Shown: piece after piece, positions 19,162 to 30,180 of the stretch
Numbering within the stretch: position 1 is the stretch's first letter
How the letters are laid out: the number at the start of each line of letters is the position of its first letter
Origin: an uncultured Gemmatimonadales bacterium
GTDB taxonomy: Bacteria; Gemmatimonadota; Gemmatimonadetes; Palauibacterales; Palauibacteraceae
NCBI GenBank assembly: GCA_963807645.1
Contig: CAWECO010000009.1
Location: forward strand, 66,214 to 130,213
Length of the DNA stretch: 64,000 bases
Reading direction: 5' to 3'
Position numbers and translations under genes: made by a program
The notes under the pieces: generated by a model
The model's input: the letters and a program-made list of their open reading frames with translations, nothing else
Databases searched by the model: none
Told to the model about the DNA's origin: nothing

Positions 19162-21046
19162 ATGAGGCGGTCAACGATCGAGCATGGTAGGCTGGCTCTC
19201 CGGGACTTTCGTCGTACGTGGCCGCAACTGCTCCTGGTCACCCTCGTCACGCGGATCGCGGTCACCCTCGTGATGCTGCCGGGACTCGCCCTGCTCCTTC
19301 GTTTCTTTCTCAGCCGGCAGGATCGCTCCGTTCTGAGTGACCAGGAGATTCTCGTCTTCTTCCTCAGCCCGGTCGGAATCGTCGCGCTCATCGTGTTGGG
19401 CGGGATCTGGATCGGGATCTCGTTGCTGGAGCAAGCGGGACTCATGACCGTCGGCTTTGGGGCGGCGGAGGACCGCCGCGTCACGTGGTTCGGCTCTCTC
19501 CAGTATGTGTTCCATGAGTTGCCGCGGATCCTGCGTCTCGGATCGCACCTGCTGGTGCGAGCCACGCTGATTGCCGGACCGATCATCGCGCTCGTGGGAT
19601 CGCGTCTATTGGGCCTTCCTGCGACAACATGACATCAACTACTACCTGGCAAATCGGCCCCCGGAGTTCCTGTGGGCTGTCGGAATCGCCGGTGTCCTGG
19701 TCGCCGGCCTCGGCGCGCTGCTGGCGATCAAGGTCGTCGGCTGGATGCTCGCGCTCCCCGCCGTGTTGTTCGAGGACCTGGGTCCCCGCGATGCCATACG
19801 CGACTCGATCGCGGACTCGAGAGGTCACCGGTGGAGGCTCTTCGGGTGGATCGTGGCGTGGCTAGTCGTCGGGGCCGTCGCGTCCACGGTGCTTACCTGG
19901 ACGATCGGCCTGCTGGGAAGGCTGATCGTTCCACAAACCGGCGACACGATGACGGTCGTGGCGCTCGCGATGGGCGCGATCGGTTTCCTGAGCCTCGTCA
20001 CCAATGCCGCTCTCTCTTGGCTGTCCGCATCGCTCTTCGCGCTGCTGTTCGTGCGCCTGTATCGCGATATCTCGGGGCCAGGAGCTCTCGCTCGCGATCT
20101 GGCGGAGCCTGGCTCTCTTGGAGATCGTCCCGCGATCCGGATTCCGCGAAAAGGGCTTCTTCTGGGCGGGGCCCTGGCGGTGCTGGCGTCCGTCGTGGCC
20201 GCCGCTCTGCTCGCCCACTCGGTCCGCCTCGAGGATGACACCCTGATCATCGCCCATCGCGGCGCGGCCCTGCACGCGCCGGAGAACACCCTGGCGTCGG
20301 TCAGGAAGGCGATCGAGGATTCCACCGACTACATCGAGATCGACGTCCAGGAAACGGCCGACGGAGACGTGGTGGTCTTTCACGACAGCGACTTCATGAA
20401 GACCGCTCGCAACCCTCTGACGATCTGGAACGCGCGTGGAGCCGACATCGACCGAATCGACGTTGGCAGCTGGTTCGATCCCGCCTACGCGGCCGAGCGC
20501 GTGCCGACCCTGGAGGAGGTGCTTCTCGCGGCCAGGGGCCGGACACGCGTCAACATCGAGCTCAAGTACTACGGTCGCGACGAGGACCTGGAACGTCGGG
20601 TCATCGACATCGTCGAGCGGACCGGAATGGTCGACCAGGTCGTCCTCATGTCGCTCAAGTACGACAAGGTCCAGAAGATCCGCTCCCTGCGCCCCGACTG
20701 GACCTACGGTCTTCTCACCAGCGTCAGCCTCGGTGATCCCACCCGGTTCGACGTCGACTTCCTGGCGGTGAACGCGGTCGCCGCGACACGCGGATTCGTG
20801 GAACGAGCTCACCGGCGGGGGCTGGACGTCTACGTGTGGACGGTCAACGATCCGTACCTGATGTCCGCGATGATGAGCCGGAACGTGGATGGGATCATCA
20901 CCGACGACCCCGGCCTGGCGCGTGAAGTCCTCGACATCCGATCCCGGATGGATCCCGTGCAGCGCCTGCTGGTGGGAATCGGTACCGAGATCGGCGTGTT
21001 CAGCATGCCGGATGAGGAACAGGTCACGGACGAAGCCGACGCCTAG
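19162..21046 (+). CDS. Membrane-anchored glycerophosphodiester phosphodiesterase (N-terminal multi-TM domain + GDPD domain), one frame break (~19600)
   Basis: ORF 19162..19632 is continued by ORF 19571..21046. GDPD motifs IIAHRGAALHAPENT and YIEIDVQETADGDVVVFHD. Length mod 3 = 1. Confidence 0.85.
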
Positions 21047-21159
21047 CCGAGGCGTTGACCGAGCCCGGCCCAGACGGGAGCGTTTCGAGCGGCAACACGC
21101 TAGATTCAGGCACACTCGACCACTGCATCGCAACGCGCGCTAACGATAGGGGGCTCATT

Positions 21160-22627
21160 GTGACCACATCCCGATGGCTGAGACGAGGCCTTGCCGGCCT
21201 GGTCGTCTCGGCGACCGTCATGCTGTTTTCCGCCCACCCGCTCGACGCCCAGATCAAGGACGGCACGGGCGGCCTGGAGATCAACGCTTTCTATGGCATG
21301 CTCAACGGGCTGGGGGACACCGAGTTCGAGAACGACCCCGTGCCATGGAGGCTGGACAACGACCCATATTTCGGCGGCCGCCTCGGGTACGTGTTCGACA
21401 TCGGCCTCGGAATCGAAGGCTTCTTCGGATACGTCGACTCGAAGCTCATCGGGACGTCGCTGGATGGAACGAAGGCGAAGGTGATGAACTACGGCGGTGA
21501 CATCACCTACAACTTCAACATCGCGCGTTCCATACAACTGGCGATCCTCGGAGGCGCGGGCCAGCAGAGCTTCGATCTCGACATCGATGGGCTGGACACC
21601 GAGTCCGCGCTGACCTGGAACTACGGCGCGGCGCTGAAACTGTATCCGACGCGTTGGCTCGGTTTCCGTTTCGATTGGCGGAACTACCACTCGCCGGACG
21701 GACTCAAGGACACGCGCGCGTTCCTCAACCCGGTTGGAGCCGACCTGCCCCAGACATCGCTGAACAGCACAGAGTGGACGGCGGGCCTTTCGTTCTTCCT
21801 GTGGGGGCCGAAGGACTCGGACGGCGACGGGGTCGAGGACAGGAACGACCTCTGCCCGGACACGCCGAAGGGTGTCGAAGTCGACTCCACCGGCTGTCCG
21901 CTGGACGCCGACATGGACGGGGTGGGCGACTACATGGACCAGTGCCCGAACACGCCGCGTGGCGCGATGGTGGACGAGACGGGCTGCCCGCTCGATTCGG
22001 ATGAAGACGGGGTGTTCGATGGCCTCGACCAGTGCCCGAACACGCCGAAGGGCGCCGACGTCGACGAGAACGGCTGCCCGAGCGACCGGGACGGCGACGG
22101 CGTCTTCTTCGGAATCGACCTGTGCCCCAACACGCCTCCGGGCGTGGTCGTGGACGCGACCGGCTGCCCGCTGGACAGTGACGCGCGACGGTGTGTTCGA
22201 CGGCCTCGACGCGTGCCCCAACACCCCGGCCGGAGCGCGGGTGGACGCGCGCGGCTGCCTGGTCCAGCTGGAGCTGGTGAACGTCGAATTCGAGTTCAAC
22301 AGCTTCCAGCTCACGCGAGCCGCCCGGGACTACCTGACGGAGCTGGCGGGTCAGATCGTACAGCAGGCGGATCCGGAAGGTACCGGCCGGTTGGAGTTGC
22401 GCGGGTTCACCGACTCCGTTGGAGCGGAGGCCTACAACCTGCGGTTGAGCCAGTCCAGGGCCGAAGCGGTGAGGGACTTCCTCCTCACCACGAGCATGGA
22501 ACTGGAGCAGTTCGTGAACCGGCTCAACGCCGTGGGATACGGGGAGGCAAACCCGGTGGCGACGAACGACACCGAGGAGGGCCGGGCCCGGAACCGCAGA
22601 GTGGAGCTGCACATCGTTCAGCCGTAG
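21160..22627 (+). CDS. OmpA-family outer-membrane protein with N-terminal barrel and five thrombospondin-type-3-like Ca-binding repeats, one frame break (~22185)
   Basis: Repeats DSDGDGVEDRNDLCPDTP, DADMDGVGDYMDQCPNTP, DSDEDGVFDGLDQCPNTP, DRDGDGVFFGIDLCPNTP, ..RDGVFDGLDACPNTP. OmpA_C: GFTDSVGAEAYNLRLSQSRAEAVRDFL ... NRRVELHIV. GTG 21160 start is uncertain. Confidence 0.85.
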
Positions 22628-22750
22628 CCGGGGCGACGCACCGGACAGTTCAGTGGAACGGCTCGTTCCCGCTTCTGTGGAACGGACCGTTCCGCCGGAT
22701 GCGGTCGTCAAACCGGGAGCATGGTTAAACCACAGGCAAGACAGGATGAC

Positions 22751-23443
22751 ATGAAGAAACTCAACGCATCAGGAATGACTCTCGCGCTGTGCGCGCTCGC
22801 GTTGCTGGCCCTGGCCCCGAAGCCGGCAGGTGCCCAGAACCAGAGCTTCCGGGAGGGCAAGTGGCAGTTCTCGATCCCGATCAACTTCGTCTCCGGCAAG
22901 AAGGTGGAAGGAGAGGGCGGATCGTTCGTCGACGTGAACAGCGACGTCGGGTGGGGAATTGGCTTCGGGTACAACCTCACCCAACGGTTCATGCTGGGCT
23001 TCGAGACTACCTGGCTGAACGCCAACTACGACGCGTCCGTCGAGTACGACGACAACGGGAACGGAACGGCGGACGGAACGGCCATCATTGGGGGACGCCT
23101 CGACGCAGCCAGCCTGCAGGCTGTAGGCCAGTTCAACGCCCTCGAAGGGAAGTTCACGCCCTTCGTCAGGGGCAACCTGGGCTTCACCTACACCGACTCC
23201 AGCATTCCAAGCACACCGCCCCAGGGCGCCTGCTGGTGGGATCCCTGGTGGGGCTACACTTGCGGCACCTGGCAGCCGACGTACGATCGCACATCCTTCT
23301 CGTTCGGCGGGGGCGTCGGAGGACGGGCGGAGTTCGGCCGGAGTTTCTTCCTCGAGGCAAGCTTCAACGTTCTCTGGATCTCGTTTTCCCAGAGCACTCC
23401 GTCGTTCACCGGTGTGCGAGTCACCGCCGGCTGGACGATGTAG
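22751..23443 (+). CDS. Outer-membrane beta-barrel protein (OmpW/porin-like)
   Basis: ATG 22751; signal MKKLNASGMTLALCALALLALAPKPAGAQ. Alternating amphipathic strands (GWGIGFGYNL, FMLGFETTWL, FVRGNLGFTY, FSFGGGVGGRAEF). Confidence 0.6.
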   Translation: MKKLNASGMTLALCALALLALAPKPAGAQNQSFREGKWQFSIPINFVSGKKVEGEGGSFVDVNSDVGWGIGFGYNLTQRFMLGFETTWLNANYDASVEYDDNGNGTADGTAIIGGRLDAASLQAVGQFNALEGKFTPFVRGNLGFTYTDSSIPSTPPQGACWWDPWWGYTCGTWQPTYDRTSFSFGGGVGGRAEFGRSFFLEASFNVLWISFSQSTPSFTGVRVTAGWTM

Positions 23444-23524
23444 CCAGGAGCGAGACTCGGCGCGAACAGCGACCCGCGCCAGGTCGTGTTCGGCCCGACC
23501 GTGCGTTGATCGGCGCGGTCGGGC

Positions 23525-24874
23525 TTAGGGCCGCAGCTCGCGCGCCCGGATCTCCTTCGACCACAATTCCTCACCGGCCACGTCCCACACGGTGACCTTC
23601 ATGGCCCGATCGTTCTCAGGTCCCGAGAAATCCATCGTGGCGAAATTTCGCTCCACGAACAGCGTGCCCGGCTCGGCGAGGTGGTTGTCGTACGTCGCCG
23701 GATCCACGCTGGCCGGCCCCGCCGTAATCGGAGAGGTCGTGATCTCCCAGAGCGGATAGGTGCCGCGGCGATCGAGCTTGGTGAGGACGGTGTAATGCAC
23801 GTCACCCGACAGAAGAACGACGCCCCATACGTTGTTCTCCTGCAGAAGCTGCAGGAAGCGGGCTCGCTCGACGGGATACGTCGCGTAGGAGTCCCAGTCC
23901 GCGACGGGATTGAGAAGCTGGCCTCCGGAGACGATGACCTTGAAATTGGCGCGGCTGTAGGTCAGCGCATCGACCAGCCACTGGAGCTGCTCCTCGCCGA
24001 ACACCTGCTTGTGGCCGGAGAGCCGGTGCTCCGAAGAGCGGAACCACCGGTTGTCCAGCAGGAAGAACTCCACGTCGCCCCACTCGAACCGGGTCGCGAT
24101 TCCACCCAGCTCCGGCGGTCCGAGTTCCGGGTTGCCCCAGAACAGGTCGAACACTTCGAGGGCGGTGGTCTTTTCCCGCCAGGCCCAGTCGCTGTTGTCG
24201 GGCCCATAGTCATGATCGTCCCAGGTGGCGTACTGATGAACGTTCGCCAGAAACGGCTGCAGGCCCGGGTAGGAGCGAGTATGCGTGTTCCGGTAGATCA
24301 TCCCGGTGCGCGTGTTCCAGTCGGGCTCGCGGTAGTAGAAATTGTCGCCGAGCCACACCATCGCGTCCGCGTTCTTGTCGACCATTGAGTCGAGGATCTC
24401 GAAGCCGCCGCCGTACGGATCACCCGGACGATCATACGGCGTGTCGTTGACGTAGAAGCAGCTGCCGGTGGCGATCCGGAAATCGGGGGGGTCCGTGCGC
24501 CACTTCCAGAGCACCTGGGTCTGGAATTCCAGGCGGTACGGCCGCTCCACGTTCGCGCCGTTGATGTGCAGCTCATAGCCGTAACGGCGACCGGGCTGAA
24601 CCTGGTCGGCGAGCAACTTCGCGGCGTACGCGCCCGCCTTCGTCGTGGTGACGGTCCCAGTCTCCATGCGAGCATCGGGAGACTCCAGGTCCCAGTAGAC
24701 CACCTTGACGTCCGCCGGCGACGTGGTCTGGGCCCAGATCAGGACCTCGAACATGTCCGAGTAGCCGAGCATCGGACCGGACTGAAGCAGTTCGTCCTGG
24801 GCCATCGCGTTCGGTACGGCGAGCGCCAGGCAAAGAGCGGGTAGAAGTATCGACGTGCGCATCGATCGTTCCAT
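23525..24874 (-). CDS. phoD: PhoD-family alkaline phosphatase/phosphodiesterase
   Basis: Signal peptide. Motifs MVWLGDNFYY, YATWDDHDYGPDN, LLSGDVHYT. Start at 24874 or 24862. Confidence 0.85.
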   Translation of the reverse strand: MERSMRTSILLPALCLALAVPNAMAQDELLQSGPMLGYSDMFEVLIWAQTTSPADVKVVYWDLESPDARMETGTVTTTKAGAYAAKLLADQVQPGRRYGYELHINGANVERPYRLEFQTQVLWKWRTDPPDFRIATGSCFYVNDTPYDRPGDPYGGGFEILDSMVDKNADAMVWLGDNFYYREPDWNTRTGMIYRNTHTRSYPGLQPFLANVHQYATWDDHDYGPDNSDWAWREKTTALEVFDLFWGNPELGPPELGGIATRFEWGDVEFFLLDNRWFRSSEHRLSGHKQVFGEEQLQWLVDALTYSRANFKVIVSGGQLLNPVADWDSYATYPVERARFLQLLQENNVWGVVLLSGDVHYTVLTKLDRRGTYPLWEITTSPITAGPASVDPATYDNHLAEPGTLFVERNFATMDFSGPENDRAMKVTVWDVAGEELWSKEIRARELRP

Positions 24875-24930
24875 GTTGAGGTAATCGGCCCACTCGTCGG
24901 CGAGCGAGCGATCACAACATATGGCGCCTG

Positions 24931-24944
24931 GAGCCTGCAGGCTC
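24931..24944. promoter_or_regulatory. Perfect 14-bp palindrome in the divergent phoD / NTP-transferase intergenic region
   Basis: GAGCCTGCAGGCTC read directly. Position is compatible with a dimeric regulator site; function unknown. Confidence 0.3.
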
Positions 24945-25008
24945 GTCCCCACCGTCCTCCAGCCCGTCCCGTCTGTGCACTCGAGCCGGACGTGCATAGA
25001 TTCGGCGG

Positions 25009-25953
25009 ATGCATCATCCGACGCTGGTCATTCTCGCCGCGGGCCTCTCGACCCGTTATGGCGGCTCGAAGCAGCTCGAGCCGGTTGGTCCGGACGGGGA
25101 AGCCCTCCTCGATTATGCCGTTTACGATGCCCTGAGCGCGGGCTTCGGCGAAGTGGTACTGGTGGTCAGCGAATCGAACGAGTCGGGCCTGGTTCAGCGT
25201 TTCCGCGACCGGTTCGGCATAGCGGTCCCGCTGCGCACGGTGGTTCAGGGCAAAGGCCGGTTGGTCTCGGGCCTGCGCCCGCCCCCGCGCGTGAAACCGT
25301 GGGGCACCGGACACGCCGTTCTCTGCCTCGAGGGAGCGGTGGACGGACCGTTCGCGGTGGCAAACGCCGACGACTTCTACGGAAGGGGTGCTTACCGGGC
25401 GCTGACGGCACACCTCACATCGCCGGAACACGCGGGCGAGCAGTGCGTGATCGGCTACCGCGTGGACGCCACGCTCTCCGAGCACGGCGGCGTGTCGCGG
25501 GCGGTCCTCGATACCGACGGAGAAGGCAGGCTCGCAGACATCGAGGAGGTACTCGGACTCGAGAAGTCCGGGGACGGGGCGATCTTCGGACGGACCACGG
25601 CGGGCGCCCCGCGGGCCCTGGCCGGCGACGAGCGGGTCTCGATGAATCTGTGGGGGCTGACGCCCGACCTGTTCGGGCCGCTGGATGAACGATTCGGGGT
25701 GTTCCTCGGCCGGCACGGCGAAGACCCGCGCGCCGAGTTCTACCTGAGCGACGCGATCGGCGCCATGGTCGTCAGCCGGGAGCTCGCGGTACGGGTCACC
25801 GAAACGGAAGAGCGCTGGTTCGGCATGACGTTCCCGAAGGACCGGGGCAGCGTGCGTGCCGGGATTCGCTCCCTCATCGAGGCTGGTGAGTACCCGCCAT
25901 CGCTGGCCGCCGCTCTCCGCGTCACCGATCCGCGCGTCGGAGATTCCGAGTGA
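25009..25953 (+). CDS. Sugar-phosphate nucleotidyltransferase-family protein (NTP_transferase fold)
   Basis: Intact 314 aa. N-terminal LVILAAGLSTRYGGSKQL signature. Stop overlaps the GTG start of the downstream symporter. Confidence 0.75.
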   Translation: MHHPTLVILAAGLSTRYGGSKQLEPVGPDGEALLDYAVYDALSAGFGEVVLVVSESNESGLVQRFRDRFGIAVPLRTVVQGKGRLVSGLRPPPRVKPWGTGHAVLCLEGAVDGPFAVANADDFYGRGAYRALTAHLTSPEHAGEQCVIGYRVDATLSEHGGVSRAVLDTDGEGRLADIEEVLGLEKSGDGAIFGRTTAGAPRALAGDERVSMNLWGLTPDLFGPLDERFGVFLGRHGEDPRAEFYLSDAIGAMVVSRELAVRVTETEERWFGMTFPKDRGSVRAGIRSLIEAGEYPPSLAAALRVTDPRVGDSE

Positions 25954-27716
25954 GGCTGGACACCCTCGACTGGACGGTCGTGGGGGCGTACGGGGCCCTG
26001 GCCCTGATCGTCGGTCTCTACTTCGCTCGCCGCGCCGGCACGGGAACGGCCGAGTTCTTCCTCTCGGGCCGCAAGCTGCCGTGGTGGATGCTCGGCACAT
26101 CCATGGTCGCTACCACGTTCTCCACCGACACGCCCAACCTCGTCACCGACCTCGTCCGAACCGGCGGCGTGAGCCAGAACTGGCTGTGGTGGGCGTTCCT
26201 GATCACCGGGATGTGCACCGTTTTCTTCTACGCCAAGCTGTGGCGGCGCTCGGGCGTGTTCACCGACATGGGATTCTACGAGCTCCGCTACTCGGGCAAG
26301 CCGGCCGCCTTCCTGCGCGGCTTCCGGGCCCTGTACCTGGGCGTGTTCTTCAACGTCATGATCATGGCTACGGTCACCCTGGCCGCGATCAAGATCGGCG
26401 GGGTCCTGCTCGGGATCGACAAGTACACCACCGTCCTCATCGCCGGGACGATCACGGTCATCTACTCCGCGACGTCGGGTCTGTGGGGGGTGGTCGTGAC
26501 CGACCTCCTGCTGTTCGTGATCGCCATGGTGGGAGCGGTGGCCGCGGCGTACTACGCGCTCGCGCAGCCGGAGGTGGGCGGACTCGCCGGACTCGTCTCG
26601 CACCCCGAGATCGCCGGAAAACTGGCGCTTCTCCCCGATTTCTCGGACTGGCGGGTCGCGGTTCCCGTCTTTCTGGTTCCGATCGCCGTGCAGTGGTGGA
26701 CCACCTGGTATCCCGGCGCCGAACCGGGCGGCGGCGGCTACGTGGCGCAGCGGATGCTCGCGGCGCGGAACGAGACCGAGTCGATGAAGGCCACGCTGTG
26801 GTTCAACATCGCGCACTACGCCCTCCGGCCGTGGCCGTGGATCCTCGTCGCGCTCGCGTCGCTCGCCGTTTATCCGACGCTCGACTCGCTGGCGGCGGCG
26901 TTCCCGAACGTGGATCCGTCGATCCTCCGGCACGACCTGGCCTACCCGGCGATGCTGGTGTTCCTGCCGCACGGGCTTCTCGGTCTCGTTGTCGCTTCGC
27001 TGGCAGCCGCCTACATGTCCACGATCAGCACCCACCTCAACTGGGGCGCGTCCTATGTCGTGGACGATTTCTACCGCCGGTTCCTCCGTCCGGACCGTGA
27101 CGAGCGGCACTACGTGGCCGTGGCACGGCTGTCGACGGTGGGGCTGATCGCCCTCGCGCTCCTCGTTTCGCTGTGGCTCCAGAACGCCCTGCAGGCTTTC
27201 CAGATCCTGCTCCAGATCGGGGCCGGCACCGGCATGATCTTCCTGCTACGCTGGTTCTGGTGGCGAATCAACGCGTGGAGCGAGATCTCGGCGATGGTGA
27301 TCTCGTTCTTCGTGGCCGTCTGGTTCCAGTTCGGGCAGCAGGCAGCGGGACTACCGGCTCTGCATCCCTCCCTGCAGCTGGTGATCGGCGTAGCCCTGAC
27401 CACCATCGTCTGGCTGACGGTGACCTGGATGACCGCGCCGACCGATACCGCGACGCTCCAGGCCTTCTACGACAAGATCCGGCCTTTTGGCCGCGGCTGG
27501 GCTACGGTGGTACAGGTCACGGATCAGCCGGCCAGGGGAAGCGTTGCCGCCGCCCTCACGTGCTGGCTCCTCGGATGCGTGGTCGTGTACGCGGCTCTGT
27601 TTGGAACGGGATACGTGCTGTACGGCCGCCCGGGACCCGGCTCACTGTTCCTCGTCGCTTCGGCCCTCGCCGCGTTCGGCCTGTTTCGAACCCTGCCGCG
27701 GGTCGGGTTCGAATAG
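25950..27716 (+). CDS. Sodium:solute symporter family (SSF) transporter
   Basis: Intact 588 aa, about 13 hydrophobic helices, SSF-like N-terminal region (FFLSGRKLPWWMLGTSMVATTFSTDTPN). Confidence 0.85.
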   Translation: MRLDTLDWTVVGAYGALALIVGLYFARRAGTGTAEFFLSGRKLPWWMLGTSMVATTFSTDTPNLVTDLVRTGGVSQNWLWWAFLITGMCTVFFYAKLWRRSGVFTDMGFYELRYSGKPAAFLRGFRALYLGVFFNVMIMATVTLAAIKIGGVLLGIDKYTTVLIAGTITVIYSATSGLWGVVVTDLLLFVIAMVGAVAAAYYALAQPEVGGLAGLVSHPEIAGKLALLPDFSDWRVAVPVFLVPIAVQWWTTWYPGAEPGGGGYVAQRMLAARNETESMKATLWFNIAHYALRPWPWILVALASLAVYPTLDSLAAAFPNVDPSILRHDLAYPAMLVFLPHGLLGLVVASLAAAYMSTISTHLNWGASYVVDDFYRRFLRPDRDERHYVAVARLSTVGLIALALLVSLWLQNALQAFQILLQIGAGTGMIFLLRWFWWRINAWSEISAMVISFFVAVWFQFGQQAAGLPALHPSLQLVIGVALTTIVWLTVTWMTAPTDTATLQAFYDKIRPFGRGWATVVQVTDQPARGSVAAALTCWLLGCVVVYAALFGTGYVLYGRPGPGSLFLVASALAAFGLFRTLPRVGFE

Positions 27717-27830
27717 AGATCGCGTCCCGGCTTGACACCCGGAGTTCGCTCCGGCCTATTGGCGGCCCGGGCCCGGTAAGGGACGGCAAAACGACACTCC
27801 TTTCGAAGACTCCAGAAGAGAGAAGCCAGA

Positions 27831-28652
27831 ATGCTGAAACGTTGGATCCGTATCTCCATGTTCGCCACGCTCGTTTCCGTTTCGGCGTCCTTCGCCGCCC
27901 CGGATGTAGCCGCGCAGGACAGCCCGGTCCTCGATCGGATCGTCGAGACGTCCACTCTTCGCGTCGGCATGTCCGGCAATCAGCCGCCGTTCAACATGAA
28001 GGCCCGCGACGGCGCCCTGATGGGCCTCGAAGTCGACCTCGCGAACGCCCTGGCCGCCGCCATGAAGGTGGAGCTTCAGATCGTACAAAAGCCGTTCGCC
28101 GATCTACTTCCGGCACTCGAGGCCGGAGATGTGGACATGGTTATGTCGGGAATGACGATCACCGCGGCCCGGTCGCGCACGGTGTCGTTTGTCGGCCCGT
28201 ATGTGGTTTCGGGAAAGTCGATTCTCACCAAGTCGTCGACGCTTGCCGCCGTCGAGGAAGCCGGAGAGCTGAACGAATCGGACATTCGGCTGGTGGCGCT
28301 GCGGAATTCGACCAGTGAGACTTTCGTTCGCACCTACTTGCCGGAGGCACAGCTGACGACGGTCGCCTCGTATGACGAGGCCATCGAGATGCTGCGGATG
28401 GACCAGACCGGCGCGCTTGTCGCGGATATGCCGATCTGCCTGCTGACGGTTCTGCGGTATCCGAACGATGGGTTCGCGACGCTGGATCAGCCGTTGACCC
28501 TCGAGCCGATCGGAATCGCGGTTCCGACCAGCGATCCGCAGCTTCTCAATCTGGTGCGGAACTACATCACCGCTCTCGAGGGCATGGGTATTCTGGAGGC
28601 TCTCCGGCAGGTGTGGTTCGAGAACGGGTCCTGGGTCGCGGCTCTTCCCTGA
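27831..28652 (+). CDS. Periplasmic substrate-binding protein, family 3 (amino-acid type); no permease or ATPase adjacent
   Basis: Intact 273 aa with signal peptide. LRVGMSGNQPPFNMKARDGALMGLEVDLANAL ... DMVMSGMTIT typical of SBP_bac_3. Confidence 0.8.
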   Translation: MLKRWIRISMFATLVSVSASFAAPDVAAQDSPVLDRIVETSTLRVGMSGNQPPFNMKARDGALMGLEVDLANALAAAMKVELQIVQKPFADLLPALEAGDVDMVMSGMTITAARSRTVSFVGPYVVSGKSILTKSSTLAAVEEAGELNESDIRLVALRNSTSETFVRTYLPEAQLTTVASYDEAIEMLRMDQTGALVADMPICLLTVLRYPNDGFATLDQPLTLEPIGIAVPTSDPQLLNLVRNYITALEGMGILEALRQVWFENGSWVAALP

Positions 28653-28758
28653 ACATGGTTGCACGTCGCACCTGACGGCACGGCGTTTGTAACGAGAGAC
28701 GGGCCGCTTCGCTGACGCGCGGGGTGGCCCGTTTGCGTTCAGATAGTTGACGAGGTGC

Positions 28759-30180
28759 ATGGAAGACACGGAGGCGACAACCAGCACCGCAGCCCGGAAG
28801 GGCGTGTGGACCTCGATTCGTGAAGCCATTCACGGCTCCGAGGAGGACTTCACCGAGGGCAGCCTGAACCGGGCCGTCGGCCTGCTCGCCATCCCGATGG
28901 TCCTGGAGATGGCGGGTGAGTCGCTGTTCGCCGTGGTGGACGCGTTCTTCGTGGCCCGCCTTGGGTGCAGACGGCGCTCGCCGCGGTCGGGCTCACCGAG
29001 TCCGTGCTCGAGATCATCTACGCGATCGCCGTCGGGCTCGCGATGGCCACGACGGCCGTGGTGGCGAGGCGATTCGGAGAGAAAGACAAGCGGGCGGCGG
29101 CCCGAACCGCGGTGCAGGCCATCTACATCGGGGTCGCGCTTTCGATCGTGTTCGGAGCGATCGGGGCGATCTGGGCCCCGGATATCCTCCGCCTGATGGG
29201 TGCCGACGAGGCAACGGTCGCCAGGGGGTACCAGCTACACCCGCCTCCTGTACGCCAGCATGATTTCCATCCTGCTGCTGTTCATCAACAACGCGATCTA
29301 TCGGGGCGCCGGTGACGCGGCGATGGCCATGCGGTCCATCTGGCTGGCGAACGGGATCAACATAGTGCTGGATCCGCTGCTGATCTTCGGGGTTGGGCCG
29401 TTCCCCGAGCTCGGCCTGATGGGAGCCGCGGTCGCGACCACGATCGGCCGCAGTACGGGCGTCGTGTATCAGCTGTGGGGCCTTTCGCGCGGGAAACGGC
29501 TGCGCGTCACCCGGCAGGACCTCCCGATCGATTTCGGGCTGATCCGGAACCTGCTCCGCGTCTCGGCCGGCGGGATCGGGCAAATGTTCATCGCCACTGC
29601 CAGCTACATCGGCCTCATCAGGATCCTGGCCACGTTCGGCAGCATCGTGCTGGCGGGTTACGTGATCGCGATCCGCGTGGTGATCTTCATCATTCTCCCG
29701 GCATGGGGCGTGGCCAACGCGGCCGCGACCCTCGTGGGCCAGAACCTCGGCGCCGGCAAGCCGGATCGTGCCGAGCGGGCCGTGTGGATCACCGGAGTCT
29801 GGAACATGGCCTTCATGGCCGTGATCACGGTGCTCTTCGTTGTGTTCGCGGGACCGATCGTCGGTGTGTTCACGGACGATCCCGAGACGCTCGCGGTGGG
29901 CACGGCGGCCCTCCGGATCATCAGCTACGGGTACGTCTTCTACGCGTGGGGCATGGTGGTGCTGCAAGCCTTCAACGGGGCCGGTGACACGGTCACCCCG
30001 ACCTGGGTCAACTTCGTGGCGTTCTGGCTGATCCAGATTCCCCTGGCGTGGTGGCTCGCGACCGCCACCGACCTGGGGCACCACGGCGTGTACGTGGCGA
30101 TCGCGATCGCCTACTCGCTGTCGGCCGTGTTCGGGATGATCCTGTTCCGGCGGGGGACGTGGAAGGAAAAGGAAGTCTAG
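28759..30180 (+). CDS. MATE-family efflux transporter, two frame breaks (~28965, ~29230)
   Basis: Pieces are ORFs 28747.., 28965.. and 29200..30180 (LAIPMVLEMAGESLFAVVDAFFVARLG / LAAVGLTESVLEII... / ...AATLVGQNLGAGKPDRA). The shifts compensate (length mod 3 = 0). Start 28759 (ATG) or 28747 (TTG). Confidence 0.85.

Noticed and set aside
21830-22230. Periodic DNA repeat in the OmpA gene as a possible non-coding array
   Set aside because: The periodicity is explained by five thrombospondin-type-3-like calcium-binding protein repeats (D-x-D-x-D-G-V-x-D...CPNTP), which are common in OmpA-family proteins.
27705-27714. tRNA-like T-arm string GGGTTCGAAT
   Set aside because: It lies inside the 3' end of the symporter CDS (..LPRVGFE*), and I could not build an acceptor, D or anticodon arm around it.
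30177-30180. Overlapping convergent stop codons (CTAG) of the MATE gene and the unknown 166-aa gene as a regulatory feature
   Set aside because: A 4-nt convergent overlap can arise by chance. It is noted only as evidence of tight packing.
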